This document shows, piece after piece, positions 30,901-40,303 of a stretch of 64,000 nt of DNA (positions are counted from its first letter, which is position 1; the number at the start of each line of letters is the position of its first letter). The position numbers and the translations under genes were made by a program. This DNA is from Candidatus Aenigmatarchaeota archaeon (GTDB taxonomy: Archaea; Aenigmatarchaeota; Aenigmatarchaeia; JACPZZ01). Location: assembly GCA_016202815.1 (NCBI GenBank), contig JACQNZ010000008.1:97932-161931 (forward strand). The letters run 5' to 3'. Under the pieces are notes generated by a model, which was given only the letters and a program-made list of their open reading frames with translations, was not told the DNA's origin and made no database searches.

Positions 30901-33121
30901 CTGGGGATGGTTCAACGTGATATCTTTCTCTGTGCAAACCCAGCCGACAGACGAAAACGGCACCAACTACGTTTACAACATCAAAGGCAACAAGCCTGCA
31001 TATTTCAACGTGACAGCCTCGAAGAGCTGGAAAAATTCTTACACGCTGTCAGACTTTGTGAACGCGACATTATCGGACATGGTGATAAGGACGTGGCGCC
31101 AGAGCGGAAACAACTGGCAGCCCATTGAGTACAATTATCCGGAAGACATCAACATCACCGTTGTCAACAAAACCAACCTTGACATCAACGGCTCCGCGTT
31201 GTTGAATGTGACTTTGCTTTCCGGCAACTGGCCGTCAGGATGGTATTCCGGCGACGTGAAATTAAAAAGCGTTTCCGGTGAAAATGCGGGCGATTTCGCT
31301 ACCGGTTACATCTATTTCAACGTGCAGCCGTTCCGCGCCCAGGCGTCTGTAACGAGCTATGAAATAGATTACGACGCCAATGTCACGGCAAACCTGTACG
31401 CCTACGAGCCGGGCTGGAGCAGCAACACCGTTTTAGCAGGCAACTACTCGATTAAAAAAATAACAGAATCTCAATGGACCGGCACAGGCTACAATTACGT
31501 GACGTATACCAATTACACGCCGCACAATTTCACAGGCCAGACAGTACTCAACATATCGCCTTCCGGCGCAACAGCAAACAACAAGTGGAGCCTGTCAAAT
31601 TCCGGTTACCGTTACCTTACAATAACCGTGGAAGACAGCAACACGGGCGACACGCAGGACGCATGGCTGTCGTTCAGGGCAATGCCATTCCTGATATCCG
31701 TAGGAACTCCTTACAGCCAGAACTCCATAAGTTCGGCGCAAAACGTAACAATACCTGTCACGATCACAAGCTCCAGGAACAGTTCGGCAGCCTCGGGCAA
31801 CATATCGCGGATATCGGAATGGGTCTGGCCGTCGCAGACCTCGTACGGTTTCACAGTGGGGAACTGCTCGTCAACGACAAGCGGGTCGTGCAAGATCACA
31901 GGCACGCAAAACGTTACGCTGCACGTTCCCGCAGGCGGCTGGTCAGAGGGCTGGCATTACATGGATATGGAGTTCACGCCTCCGGACGACAAGTCGTCGA
32001 GAATATCGTCGGGCAGCACGTGGTTCCGCGTTTCACAGTCGTATACAGGGTCGTTCTCAAACTACGACGAAAACAACGTGTGGAAATATTACATAGGTTT
32101 CAGCGAAAACGTCAGTTTACGGGTGCAGGCCACAGACGCGAATTACGTGGGCCGCGAGGTCAACATAACAAAAGTCGAGTACGCCGAATCCGGATCAAGC
32201 TGCTGGAGCGATTATTGCAGGACATACGTTGATGCGAGCTGGCAGGTAGTGAACGCCAACCCGAACAAGCCCAATGAAACAAGCGCGGCAGGCTCTGTTG
32301 TAAGGATCATTGCCCCGTCAGGCGGCTGGCAGCGCGGCGACCACATTGTGCGCGTCAACGTGGTCGGCCCGTTAGGCTCAGCCACGCTGAAATCCGGCTA
32401 TTTCTGGGTCAAGGACACTTCGGGTCCCAACGTCACGATCGCAAGCCCGTTATTCAATGTAACGATAAACGTTTCGTCCTTCTTATTCAACGTAACAACA
32501 ACCGAAGATTCCACGTGTTCGTTTAACATTGTCAATTACGACAGTTACAATTCATGGTACTGCGGCGGCTCAAACGCATCAACGGTATACAACCCGCTTT
32601 ATTCGCACACGTGCAACACAACAACGTTCAAGGGATCTTCGTATTACAGCGTTTATGCGAGCAGGTGGTCCGACTCCAACTTCCAGACCGACGGCATAAG
32701 GCATTCGTTTAACTTTTCAACAGCCGGCATGCCGGCGCAGCATTACGGCGCATACCTGTGGTGCAGCGACGTGGACTGGAATAATATCTGGGCCGCAACG
32801 GTATTCGTGGTGAACACAAGCATAAGCGGGGTAAACGTGACGCTTACAAGCCCGGCGAACAATGGCCTGGCCACGTCATCGCCGGTAAATTTCGGTTACA
32901 GCTTTACAGGCCCGACATCCAGTTGCGACCTTTACACCAATTCGTCGGGCTGGATGGTAAACGCCAACCAGCAATCGCTGCTGGCAGGGGCGCGCAACAT
33001 CACGTTGCCGCTGACCAACGGCACATATATATGGAACATAAAATGCGCGCAAACGACCAATTCAAGCAATTTCGCGTGGGGCGCGTCCAACCGTACGTTG
33101 TACGTAAATATAACAAGCTGA
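27962..33121 (+). CDS. giant secreted surface (S-layer-like) glycoprotein, 1719 aa
   Basis: Signal peptide 'MRHTGLRPEIIILVLLLVPGFASASY', dozens of N-x-S/T sequons, no TM. TATA-like 'aatatatta' about 25 bp upstream. Confidence 0.6.
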   Translation: MRHTGLRPEIIILVLLLVPGFASASYTAKISLTLEKPVYSPSEQVVLFGSVYLSNLTANDTSYQPVANASVNVTIYGNSTGMVKRNYTINASAQGVFKSNSSDALTEQPVTAPAETGSYYIEASYSDPDSVKWHNKLPFVVLSQTIDDITMRPSKSKFYAAEPVTVFLEAVKRSGGSRLPVSNVSLNGTLRSENLALINQFNCTTGSTGVCSVAFNAPSTTGKYVVEANNFLGTGSFYVIPFNIQVYMKDGLGQNYKEVFRTGEDASVEVRVDLNGSVPSSSYTFNGTITNSGGSTITNISSTLLESNNSYTNKFTFAISNQFTTGNYLASVTVYDNASRTRSATAFFQVRDWTMTFNKASSSSGFEYEYVAFPGRRLNFEIYPKDRQNGSIITGLNASQFNITLANMLGSALQAGNATWNATCGGGCYTFNLTAPATVGDYIVAVSLNHSSDTQKIERKIIVTSLTLPASSTTETGAQKDLFGTTEPVYLTLAATNTTSSVNLTDASVINIKSENGTELNYTNTTWFGINVTDSVLQWAWNSSEQRLKIDPPKAGGAYTVKIGANSNSVIATGRFIINPYDVCVAAKTGAGTVDSSTSFYAWQYKTTDTVYFELKAAQANNPSGRANSTSAKNGTNFGMGFACSVDTTRQQVVTNATITVDKVFSAISGVANSLNSTETVCKADDSQGTYTCTLKPLSKWEGGRNVVEFSIVGSDRQTSDKVVAIFESRSFFIYGYPTTWANKPQSNITFTLNLYNPGTSWWNNYGSGGLSGSATIQKVQYMGKNGEWVWPPVEYPYNTTGVNASNITSGTGTFSLQHTRASKGSWDVGSYSVVVKATDAASGESDYGEVWFEIKRWDAYSTPVEKSGSSFNYKYSVNPRENVSLYVRLTTAGNYNDNGGSSLGGNVSVTVKRLEQYPKEVNSSSYGVVGINVNQSSPWYYNANADTYANYVITLYPVGGSWESGYYNAVLDINGTDTGWGWFNVISFSVQTQPTDENGTNYVYNIKGNKPAYFNVTASKSWKNSYTLSDFVNATLSDMVIRTWRQSGNNWQPIEYNYPEDINITVVNKTNLDINGSALLNVTLLSGNWPSGWYSGDVKLKSVSGENAGDFATGYIYFNVQPFRAQASVTSYEIDYDANVTANLYAYEPGWSSNTVLAGNYSIKKITESQWTGTGYNYVTYTNYTPHNFTGQTVLNISPSGATANNKWSLSNSGYRYLTITVEDSNTGDTQDAWLSFRAMPFLISVGTPYSQNSISSAQNVTIPVTITSSRNSSAASGNISRISEWVWPSQTSYGFTVGNCSSTTSGSCKITGTQNVTLHVPAGGWSEGWHYMDMEFTPPDDKSSRISSGSTWFRVSQSYTGSFSNYDENNVWKYYIGFSENVSLRVQATDANYVGREVNITKVEYAESGSSCWSDYCRTYVDASWQVVNANPNKPNETSAAGSVVRIIAPSGGWQRGDHIVRVNVVGPLGSATLKSGYFWVKDTSGPNVTIASPLFNVTINVSSFLFNVTTTEDSTCSFNIVNYDSYNSWYCGGSNASTVYNPLYSHTCNTTTFKGSSYYSVYASRWSDSNFQTDGIRHSFNFSTAGMPAQHYGAYLWCSDVDWNNIWAATVFVVNTSISGVNVTLTSPANNGLATSSPVNFGYSFTGPTSSCDLYTNSSGWMVNANQQSLLAGARNITLPLTNGTYIWNIKCAQTTNSSNFAWGASNRTLYVNITS

Positions 33122-33125
33122 TAGA

Positions 33126-34514
33126 ATGAACAAAAAAATCCTATTCGCAGTTTTAATTTTCTTAGTGTCAACGCCGTACGCGGGCGCCACGCTGCAAATA
33201 ACCGCGTTCACATGCGCGGGCCAGTCCGGAACAATAAACGTCCAGAACGGCGGCACGATGACATGCCAGGCAACCGTAAACAACCCTGACAATTCCGCGG
33301 CGTCTGTAAACGCCGTTTCGCTGCTGCCCAGGGGCAGCTGGACCGAGTCAAGCAGCTATTCAGCGTCCGGATTTTCCACGACAGTCAATTCCGGCGCATC
33401 AACAACAGCCACGTTTAACGATATACGCCCGACTAGTTCCGGATTGAACAACTTTGATTCCATACTGATAGATTCGGTCAGCGACACATTTGTCGCGGAC
33501 ACGACAATAAACTCCGTTGATTTCAAATCCTTGACAGTGTCGTCATCTTCTACGAGCGCAGCAACAAGTGCGACTGTCACGATTTTCGGCAACGTCCTGG
33601 TCGGCGGTAATCTGGACGTATCGCTCGCAATTTCGCTGTCCGACTGTTCTCTAAAGGCCGGCGAAACATCGTCAAAAAGCCTCGGTTCGTTGTCGCACAA
33701 TTCGGCCAGCTCCGCGTCATGGCAGGCCACAATGGGCTCGTCAACATGTTCGTACACAGTAACTGCAACAGGGACGAAAGGTTCCGTGAGCATCTCGACG
33801 TCAAAATCCGGCAGCGTTTCCAATTCAGACAGCGGTTCATCCGGCAGCAGTTCGTCGTCAACATCGAGCAGCAGTTCGTCAGGCGGCGGAGGCGGTGGCG
33901 GCTCGACGACAACGACCACGACAACGACGACCACAACAACGCTAGGCCGCAACGAGGCGACGGCATCCGGCGGCACTTTGCTCCCCCTGGTCTTCCGGTT
34001 CGGTGACGAAGAGGTCGCTTTCACAGAAATAACAGTCCGCACAGTTGACGAAGTCAGCAACGTGAAGATAAAAGCGTCGATTGCATCAAAACCTTCCGTC
34101 ACAGCCGTAAACGGATCAGGAAAAGTTTACAAGTACCTGAAAATAGAAAAGGAAAACATACAGGACAGCAGCATATCCGCCGTGACGCTCGTGTTTACAG
34201 TCGAAAATTCGTGGCTGTTGAACAACAGCGTTGACGACAGGCGCGTGATATTGAAACGTTTAGAAGACGGCCAATGGCGCGAGCTGCCAACAGAACTGAT
34301 AGACGCCAGCAGGCCCAATTTCGTGAAATGGGATATGCAAGTCCGTACTGGCTACGAGGCAAAGTCGCCCGGTTTGTCAATTTTCGCGATAGTCGGCTAT
34401 CAAAAGCCGGTGGAAACCAAAACGCCGCAGGACATCGTCGTGTCGTTGGTGTTGGTCATAGCGTTTATGGTGGTCGTCACATTGCAGTTTGTGCGCCATC
34501 ACCACAAGCTTTGA
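33126..34514 (+). CDS. surface protein with poly-Ser/Gly/Thr linker and C-terminal transmembrane anchor
   Basis: Signal peptide, 'SSSSTSSSSSSGGGGGGGSTTTTTTTTTTTT', C-terminal 'IVVSLVLVIAFMVVVTLQFVRHHHKL'. Starts 5 bp after the giant ORF. Confidence 0.55.
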   Translation: MNKKILFAVLIFLVSTPYAGATLQITAFTCAGQSGTINVQNGGTMTCQATVNNPDNSAASVNAVSLLPRGSWTESSSYSASGFSTTVNSGASTTATFNDIRPTSSGLNNFDSILIDSVSDTFVADTTINSVDFKSLTVSSSSTSAATSATVTIFGNVLVGGNLDVSLAISLSDCSLKAGETSSKSLGSLSHNSASSASWQATMGSSTCSYTVTATGTKGSVSISTSKSGSVSNSDSGSSGSSSSSTSSSSSSGGGGGGGSTTTTTTTTTTTTLGRNEATASGGTLLPLVFRFGDEEVAFTEITVRTVDEVSNVKIKASIASKPSVTAVNGSGKVYKYLKIEKENIQDSSISAVTLVFTVENSWLLNNSVDDRRVILKRLEDGQWRELPTELIDASRPNFVKWDMQVRTGYEAKSPGLSIFAIVGYQKPVETKTPQDIVVSLVLVIAFMVVVTLQFVRHHHKL

Positions 34515-34855
34515 GGGCTTTGCTCCCAAACAAGCCAAAATTGACGAGTTTAGGAGCAGTTGAAGCGTTTTAGTCCGCAGAGGATGTAATACTTGTCTTT
34601 ATTCTGGTTTTGGTTCTACCCAAGTAACAACTTTCTTGCATCTTCTACAGACTTTTTTATAATCTAGAATATGCGAAGCAGAACCTTGATCATTAAAGAA
34701 GGGTCTATCGAACTTATGCAGTCCTATCTTACATAACAAACTCATATCGAATCTCCTATTGTAAAATATTAAATAAAATTAATAAGTTTGCAAAAATAGC
34801 TTTGAAGCAAACTTTATAAGACAGCTAATGAAAAATAATAACAGGAGCAGGATAA

Positions 34856-35188
34856 ATGAAAGCCGAAAAATTGGGAGCATGGTCTTTCATAGCAGGCGCG
34901 GCCATAACCATCTTGGCTTCTCTGCTGTCGCTGGACACGCCGCTGATGATGACGCTTCTCGTTGTTTTGGGTCTGGTTGTGGGCTTCCTAAATGTCAAGG
35001 ACAAGCACACAACGCATTTCCTTGTCGCTGTGATCGCCTTGGCCGCAGCCGGAAACGCAAATGTGAATTTGATCCCGGTCGTGGGCACTCAGCTGCAAAA
35101 CATTCTCAGGAACATAGCAATCTTTGTCGCGCCCGCAGCCGTTATTGTTGCGCTGAAAGCTATTTACGAAATGGCATCCGGAAGATAA
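34856..35188 (+). CDS. small membrane protein (3 TM)
   Basis: 110-aa hydrophobic ORF after a 340-bp AT-rich spacer. Confidence 0.4.
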   Translation: MKAEKLGAWSFIAGAAITILASLLSLDTPLMMTLLVVLGLVVGFLNVKDKHTTHFLVAVIALAAAGNANVNLIPVVGTQLQNILRNIAIFVAPAAVIVALKAIYEMASGR

Positions 35189-35241
35189 AACAGAGGCTTT
35201 TTCATAATCAAGAGTAAGGACCGATTAATTTATATTTCCGG

Positions 35242-35871
35242 TCAAATCCGGTACCGTCCCGCATTGCGCGTTTTTGCCTCAAAGGTTCCAAGCAGCCCGA
35301 ATGTCCGGCCCCTTGCTTTTATTTGGTAATCGCAGTTACCGCAAAAGGTCATGCCCATTTTATCCAGAGCCACTTTATCACCCACGCCGCGCCCAACATA
35401 CATCAGGCAATCTTTTCCTGCCGCCGTACGCACAGGCCGTTCATGGTGTTCAAGTTCGAACGGAAACATGTGGCCGAATTCGTGCGCAGCCACCCTGCCT
35501 GCATAATGCAAAAAACGCCGCCTGTCAGCAGGATTCATATAATCCTCGGCCGTCGAAATGAGAGCTACGTTTTGTCCGCCCAGCCCCGGATTCGGCTCGC
35601 CGCCTTCATTCATCATCGGGTGGGGCATAACCAGCAAAACATACCTGTTAGGATTGGAGATAACGAAACGCTGCCTTATAGCATTTGCAACCCATCCGTA
35701 CAAACCATTTTCTCCAGGCGGAGGTTCGAATGTCACCTTTGCCACGGCAGGCTCTACGCCGTCGAATTCAAAAACGCCGTTAAACGGTTTTATCGCCTCT
35801 GTTGCAAGCTCTTCCAGCAGTCGCGCATCGTATTCGTGGTTGATCCTTACAACCGCGAGGGGTTTTTTCAT
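35242..35871 (-). CDS. amzA: archaemetzincin
   Basis: 'HEFGHMFPFELEHHER...C..M......CGNC' HExxHxxGxxH plus Cys4 signature. Confidence 0.65.
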   Translation of the reverse strand: MKKPLAVVRINHEYDARLLEELATEAIKPFNGVFEFDGVEPAVAKVTFEPPPGENGLYGWVANAIRQRFVISNPNRYVLLVMPHPMMNEGGEPNPGLGGQNVALISTAEDYMNPADRRRFLHYAGRVAAHEFGHMFPFELEHHERPVRTAAGKDCLMYVGRGVGDKVALDKMGMTFCGNCDYQIKARGRTFGLLGTFEAKTRNAGRYRI

Positions 35872-35915
35872 ACCAAATCAAGGAGGTGGAATAATTTAAG
35901 CTCGCGGCCGGGCAA

Positions 35916-37286
35916 ATGGTGGAATTATTATCTTCGAATTGTTCAATGTTTATTGTGTTCAAAGCGCGTCATTATTATTTGCCTGCCGCAATCGCAGTTT
36001 TCATTGTTTTGTCTTTTCTGTTTGCACCGCATTTTGACGCGAGCCAAAACAGTTCGGATAAAACAAACGCACCGGAAGAATTGGCCAAAAAAACATCGCA
36101 AACGGACAGCGATGTCATTCCCGTACACCCGGTTGCATGCAAGCCGTCGCTCGGATTTGACAATTACCGGACTGAGAAGTCATTTGCCATAAATCCCGAA
36201 AACCCGAATGAGATGTACGTAGCAGTCGAGTACAAGGGGTTGTACAAAAGCGCGGACGGCGGGAAGACGTGGAATTTTTCAGGAAACGGCCTGAAAGCAT
36301 GGCCCCGCGAAGATGATCCCGAGTTGCCGTGTTACGGGCTGCATTTTTACCTGCATTTTGATCCTGCAAACCCGGCCCGCATCCTGCTTCCGGGAGGCAG
36401 CGCACCCGGAAAAATATCGGAACTCAGGTTCCAGACAGGCGGTTTGCACGAAAGCACGGATGGCGGAAAGAGCTGGCACCAGTTATTCAACGGGGATATG
36501 AACGCGTATACAACCGAAACTGTCGTAGACCCGCGCAATCCTGAAATCATCTATGTTGGAACTGCAGCCCTGCCGCAAAGCAACACGGAAGCGGACCCGA
36601 ACGTGATTTTTGTAACAAAAGGGGTTGTTTACAAGACAGTTGACAGGGGCCGTACATGGAAAGAATTGGTTACAGGACTGATACCGCAGCTAAGAACGTC
36701 TGGCCTGTTCATGGATCCCGCCGATTCAAATCACCTGCTGCTGGCCACAATAGCGTTGCGCGTGGGCACGGACGCCGGCAAAAAAGTTTCACCGGAGCAG
36801 TGGGGCATCATGCAGACAAAAAACGGCGGAGACACATGGGCAAGGTTGGAATCCACTGCCGGCATCGCCGTCCGTTTCATTGATGTTTCTTCAACAAATT
36901 TCAGCCACATATTTATTTCCGGCGATTTGTCCGGGAGTGACAAGGCCATTTACTCCCTTGATGGCGGAGAAACATTCAATGACCTGCGAACCCAGGTAAA
37001 CTTTGCGAAGTACGATCCCCACGACCAGACCGGCATGCGGCTTTTAGGTTTTAGCGTTTATGCCCAGCCCGACGATATTTATGAAAGCCTCGACGGAGGA
37101 AAAACATGGAACGCCATAGGCAAACTGCCAAGTGAAGTGACAGACGACTATAGAGTTTCGAACATAGTTTGGGACCCCAAAGACAAGGGCGTGGTATATC
37201 TCAATGGCGACATGGGGCGCGTATGGAAATCCGCGGACAGGGGAAAGACCTGGGATCTTCTGCTGTCCGTCGAAAAGCTGGATTAG
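35916..37286 (+). CDS. BNR/Asp-box repeat protein (membrane anchored)
   Basis: At least 7 S-x-D-G-G-x-T-W repeats (SADGGKTW, STDGGKSW, TVDRGRTW, TKNGGDTW, SLDGGETF, SLDGGKTW, SADRGKTW). Confidence 0.6.
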   Translation: MVELLSSNCSMFIVFKARHYYLPAAIAVFIVLSFLFAPHFDASQNSSDKTNAPEELAKKTSQTDSDVIPVHPVACKPSLGFDNYRTEKSFAINPENPNEMYVAVEYKGLYKSADGGKTWNFSGNGLKAWPREDDPELPCYGLHFYLHFDPANPARILLPGGSAPGKISELRFQTGGLHESTDGGKSWHQLFNGDMNAYTTETVVDPRNPEIIYVGTAALPQSNTEADPNVIFVTKGVVYKTVDRGRTWKELVTGLIPQLRTSGLFMDPADSNHLLLATIALRVGTDAGKKVSPEQWGIMQTKNGGDTWARLESTAGIAVRFIDVSSTNFSHIFISGDLSGSDKAIYSLDGGETFNDLRTQVNFAKYDPHDQTGMRLLGFSVYAQPDDIYESLDGGKTWNAIGKLPSEVTDDYRVSNIVWDPKDKGVVYLNGDMGRVWKSADRGKTWDLLLSVEKLD

Positions 37287-37398
37287 CGATGTTATAATTC
37301 TATCTTTAAGCCGGTCATGTTTCCCTGTCCGCCTATGATATAAATAAGTTAATCGCAATTAACTGAAGTGATAAAATGAGCGGAGAGAAGCGTGGGGA

Positions 37399-37692
37399 AT
37401 GGAGGGGCGGCCTCCAATATCGGACGGCCGTTCCGGAATAAGGAAAGTTCTGCTTAGGGCACTCAATAAAAACCAGATCATACTTCTTAACAGCATAGCC
37501 AGGAATTCCACCAAAACCATAACGTCTATCTCAAACTCGCTGTCTTCTGAGCTAAACATACCCGTCTCCACCCTAAAACTGAACTGCAGGATATTGAAAC
37601 AACTGGACCTGATAGCGTTCGAAACAACGAAACCTGTTTCTCTTACGCAAACAGGGAAAATAGTTCTCAACATCATGGGTGAGGCCGTATGA
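37399..37692 (+). CDS. small winged-helix DNA-binding protein
   Basis: 97 aa, 4-bp overlap with the racemase gene. Confidence 0.35.
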   Translation: MEGRPPISDGRSGIRKVLLRALNKNQIILLNSIARNSTKTITSISNSLSSELNIPVSTLKLNCRILKQLDLIAFETTKPVSLTQTGKIVLNIMGEAV

Positions 37693-38381
37693 AAACTGTC
37701 GGCATTCTTGGAGGGTTTGGCCCGGAAACCACAGCCGAGTTTTACGTGTCCGTTGTTGCGAAAAACAGGCCGTTTAGTGGGTCGCACCCTGCCATATTGA
37801 TACACAACTCGCCCGTCCCGTTTGATTTGGAAGAAAACGCAGTGAAAAACGCAAAAAACCTGGAGAAATTCCTGCCAATCCTGCTTAACAGCCTGGAAAT
37901 CATAGAAGACAAATCAGACTTTGTCGTCCTGCCTTGCAACACGCTGCACATTTTCATCGACGACCTCAGGAAAGCTTCGAAAAAGCCTGTAATCAGCATC
38001 ATAGAAGAGGTAGCAGCAGAAGCCAAAGCGAAGAAATTAAAAAAAGTCGGCCTGCTGGCTACCAAAAAAACGCTCAGGGAAAAAATCTACGACACGGCGC
38101 TGGCGAAAAACGGCATAGAGGCCGTAACTCCGGATGAACACGAAATTAACAGGCTATCGCAGATAATACACCTGATACTGACGGGCGTGAAATCGGACGG
38201 GTTGAAAACTGAATTGTTGGTTATGATAGAAGGTTTGAAACGCCGGGGTGCGGAAGCCGTGATTCTTGGCTGCACGGATTTGCAGCTTTTGTTAAAGCAA
38301 GGCGATTCTTCGCTGCCATTGATAGACACTATGGATGTCCTGGCAAATTCTACAGTCAGGATCATGAATGGAGGTAATTGA
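37689..38381 (+). CDS. aspartate/glutamate racemase family protein
   Basis: 'VGILGGFGPETT', 'LPCNTLH', 'ILGCTDL' two-Cys racemase motifs. Confidence 0.7.
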   Translation: MKTVGILGGFGPETTAEFYVSVVAKNRPFSGSHPAILIHNSPVPFDLEENAVKNAKNLEKFLPILLNSLEIIEDKSDFVVLPCNTLHIFIDDLRKASKKPVISIIEEVAAEAKAKKLKKVGLLATKKTLREKIYDTALAKNGIEAVTPDEHEINRLSQIIHLILTGVKSDGLKTELLVMIEGLKRRGAEAVILGCTDLQLLLKQGDSSLPLIDTMDVLANSTVRIMNGGN

Positions 38382-39209
38382 ATGTCGAAGGATGATATGG
38401 AAGAATTGACCGGGGAGCCGTTGATGGAAGGCGTTTTAATCGGAAGTGGCCTGCAAAGCGCGACAGGCGACTATTTCGGCATCGGTTTGTCCAACCGCCA
38501 CGGCCTTACATCCGAACTGCCGTTTGATGTGATGGTGCTGGTCTTGGGGGCGGAGTTTGTGAGGCGCAGGCTGCAAATGGAAACCGTCACTACTCTAATC
38601 GCAGACGAGCACGCAAAAACAAACGGTTTTTCCAGGTCCGATATAGATGCGATAGCCAAAACAAGGAGGGAATTCCTGTCCCGTTCGCTGGACAGGCTGG
38701 GTTTCGAAAACTGGGACATATGCCTTGCGTCGGAAATTGCGCAGGACCCGTACCACAAGGAGCTCCTTTCCGTTCCCATCATGGCAAACAGCTACGAAAG
38801 GATGCAGCTGGCGGACATGGAACTGTTCCGGTCAAAGGGAAAGTCTGTAAAGATCGGCTGGAAACATGACGGCATGGAATTCGACGAGAGGCATTTCGAT
38901 GAAATGTATAAATCCTCGTTCGGAAACGGAACCACGTTCGTTTACACGCCGGCAGGCCGTTCTTTGGACGGAACGCCGCTGCCCCCGTATTTGCACGTTC
39001 CGAACAAACCAAGATTAATAATGTCAAAAACGGAAAATATCCACGAAAAAGTCGGTTTGATGCCGAAGCGCGTAAGAGCGCATTTCAACCGCGTCGCGGA
39101 TTTGTTTGAGAATTTGGTGTATGGACCAACCCAGAACAAGCAAAACGTCAACAGCACGGAATATTTAGAAAAACGGTTAAGGGAGATTTACAGCGTCGTC
39201 TTTGGGTAG
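38382..39209 (+). CDS. hypothetical protein (co-transcribed with racemase)
   Basis: Starts 1 bp after the racemase stop. No recognised motif. Confidence 0.4.
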   Translation: MSKDDMEELTGEPLMEGVLIGSGLQSATGDYFGIGLSNRHGLTSELPFDVMVLVLGAEFVRRRLQMETVTTLIADEHAKTNGFSRSDIDAIAKTRREFLSRSLDRLGFENWDICLASEIAQDPYHKELLSVPIMANSYERMQLADMELFRSKGKSVKIGWKHDGMEFDERHFDEMYKSSFGNGTTFVYTPAGRSLDGTPLPPYLHVPNKPRLIMSKTENIHEKVGLMPKRVRAHFNRVADLFENLVYGPTQNKQNVNSTEYLEKRLREIYSVVFG

Positions 39210-39279
39210 GGCATAAACATTTATGCAGCAAAATTGTGTTTACAGTCTCTCTATATCTATCCGCTTGCAATAATCATTT

Positions 39280-40191
39280 ATGGAAAAATCGGCTTTCACG
39301 CTGATTTCGGCGTTAGCGATATTCTCATTGTTAACCAGTTACACCGGGGCGTTGGAAACATGCCGGTCCGGCAATCTCACGACCTCTGTCCACAAGGATT
39401 ATCAAATGGCGTACCCCAACGAGGACTTCATACAGCTCGATGACAAAGACCTTCTCAAAGACCTTTCCCAGTTAAAGGGCTTGGCATGCCTGCAATACAT
39501 AGACATGACCGGGTGGGGCGTCAAAGGGGACGTCGTGAATTTAAACGCGCTGACTAACCTTGAAGTGCTCAGCCTGTACGAAAACCCGGAAGTTTACGGG
39601 AACATCTGCTCATTAAGCGGCGCAACAAAGTTAAGGAGCTTGAAATTCGCCTTCGATCCGGAAGTGTTCGGAGACATTTCATGCCTCAAGGACCTCAATC
39701 CGGAAACCTTTGCCGCGACCAATACGAAAATTTCCGGAGACCTCTCGGGTTTAAGCGGCATGACGAATTTGAAAGCGCTTTACATTTCCGGTACGGGCAT
39801 CACCGGCGACATCTCCGCTCTCAGCGGCTTAACGAATCTAGAAGAGCTGGGAATATCCGACGAGTATCCGGGAAACTCCCGCATCACAGGCGACTTGGCG
39901 TCGCTAGCTAATCTAACGAAGCTGAGGAAAGCCTCGCTGTATAAGATGAAAGCAACCAATTGCAGGCAGTTCACAGCAGCGCACCCGAATATCCAGGGAG
40001 GCTGCTCCGAGTCGAAGGATCCCGGCAAACCTATCGCAAAAGAACCGCCAGCCGAAACCACAACAACACGCGCAGTGGTTGTAAACAGGGAAATACAGCA
40101 ATCAGAGAACGCATCAGGCTACTACACAGTTGGGATCTTTGCAGCCGTCGTAATCGGCGCGGTTATTATGCGCAAAGGGCTGCGGAAATGA
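39280..40191 (+). CDS. leucine-rich-repeat surface protein with C-terminal TM anchor
   Basis: Repeated 'ISGDLSGLSGMTNLKAL / ITGDISALSGLTNLEEL' LRR units. Signal peptide. 'YYTVGIFAAVVIGAVIM' anchor. Confidence 0.55.
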   Translation: MEKSAFTLISALAIFSLLTSYTGALETCRSGNLTTSVHKDYQMAYPNEDFIQLDDKDLLKDLSQLKGLACLQYIDMTGWGVKGDVVNLNALTNLEVLSLYENPEVYGNICSLSGATKLRSLKFAFDPEVFGDISCLKDLNPETFAATNTKISGDLSGLSGMTNLKALYISGTGITGDISALSGLTNLEELGISDEYPGNSRITGDLASLANLTKLRKASLYKMKATNCRQFTAAHPNIQGGCSESKDPGKPIAKEPPAETTTTRAVVVNREIQQSENASGYYTVGIFAAVVIGAVIMRKGLRK

Positions 40192-40194
40192 TTT

Positions 40195-40225
40195 TTTCAG
40201 TGGGGAGACCGTGATTTGAACACGG
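40195..40225. repeat. 31-bp direct repeat = duplicated 3' end of tRNA-Pro (T-arm + acceptor + 6-nt trailer); att-like left boundary
   Basis: tttcagtggggagaccgtgatttgaacacgg versus tttcagtgggaggaccgtgatttgaacacgg at 42263..42293, 2 mismatches. No matching 5' tRNA half nearby. Confidence 0.5.
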
Positions 40226-40303
40226 ATTGCCGCCGGTTGGCCATACGGGATATTCAGGCCAGCCGTAGATGGTTATATAAACCTAAGTTAATACATATTA
40301 ACT

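Noticed and set aside
28357-32232. Several 60-250-aa ORFs inside the giant surface-protein gene
   Set aside because: All are alternative-frame or antisense ORFs within a continuous 5160-nt reading frame that has a signal peptide and consistent composition.
33356-34102. 248-aa minus-strand ORF containing poly-Val and poly-Pro runs
   Set aside because: It is the reverse complement of the poly-Thr/poly-Gly codons of the surface protein 33126..34514. It is an artefact of codon repetition, not a gene.
40201-40278. Possible independent or split tRNA at the left end of the MNT/ATPase cassette
   Set aside because: Only the T-arm and 3' acceptor strand are present. The required 5' acceptor partner (GGGG[AG]G[AG]) is absent within several hundred bp. 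The near-identity to the tRNA-Pro 3' end, including 6 nt of trailer, is better explained as an att duplication.
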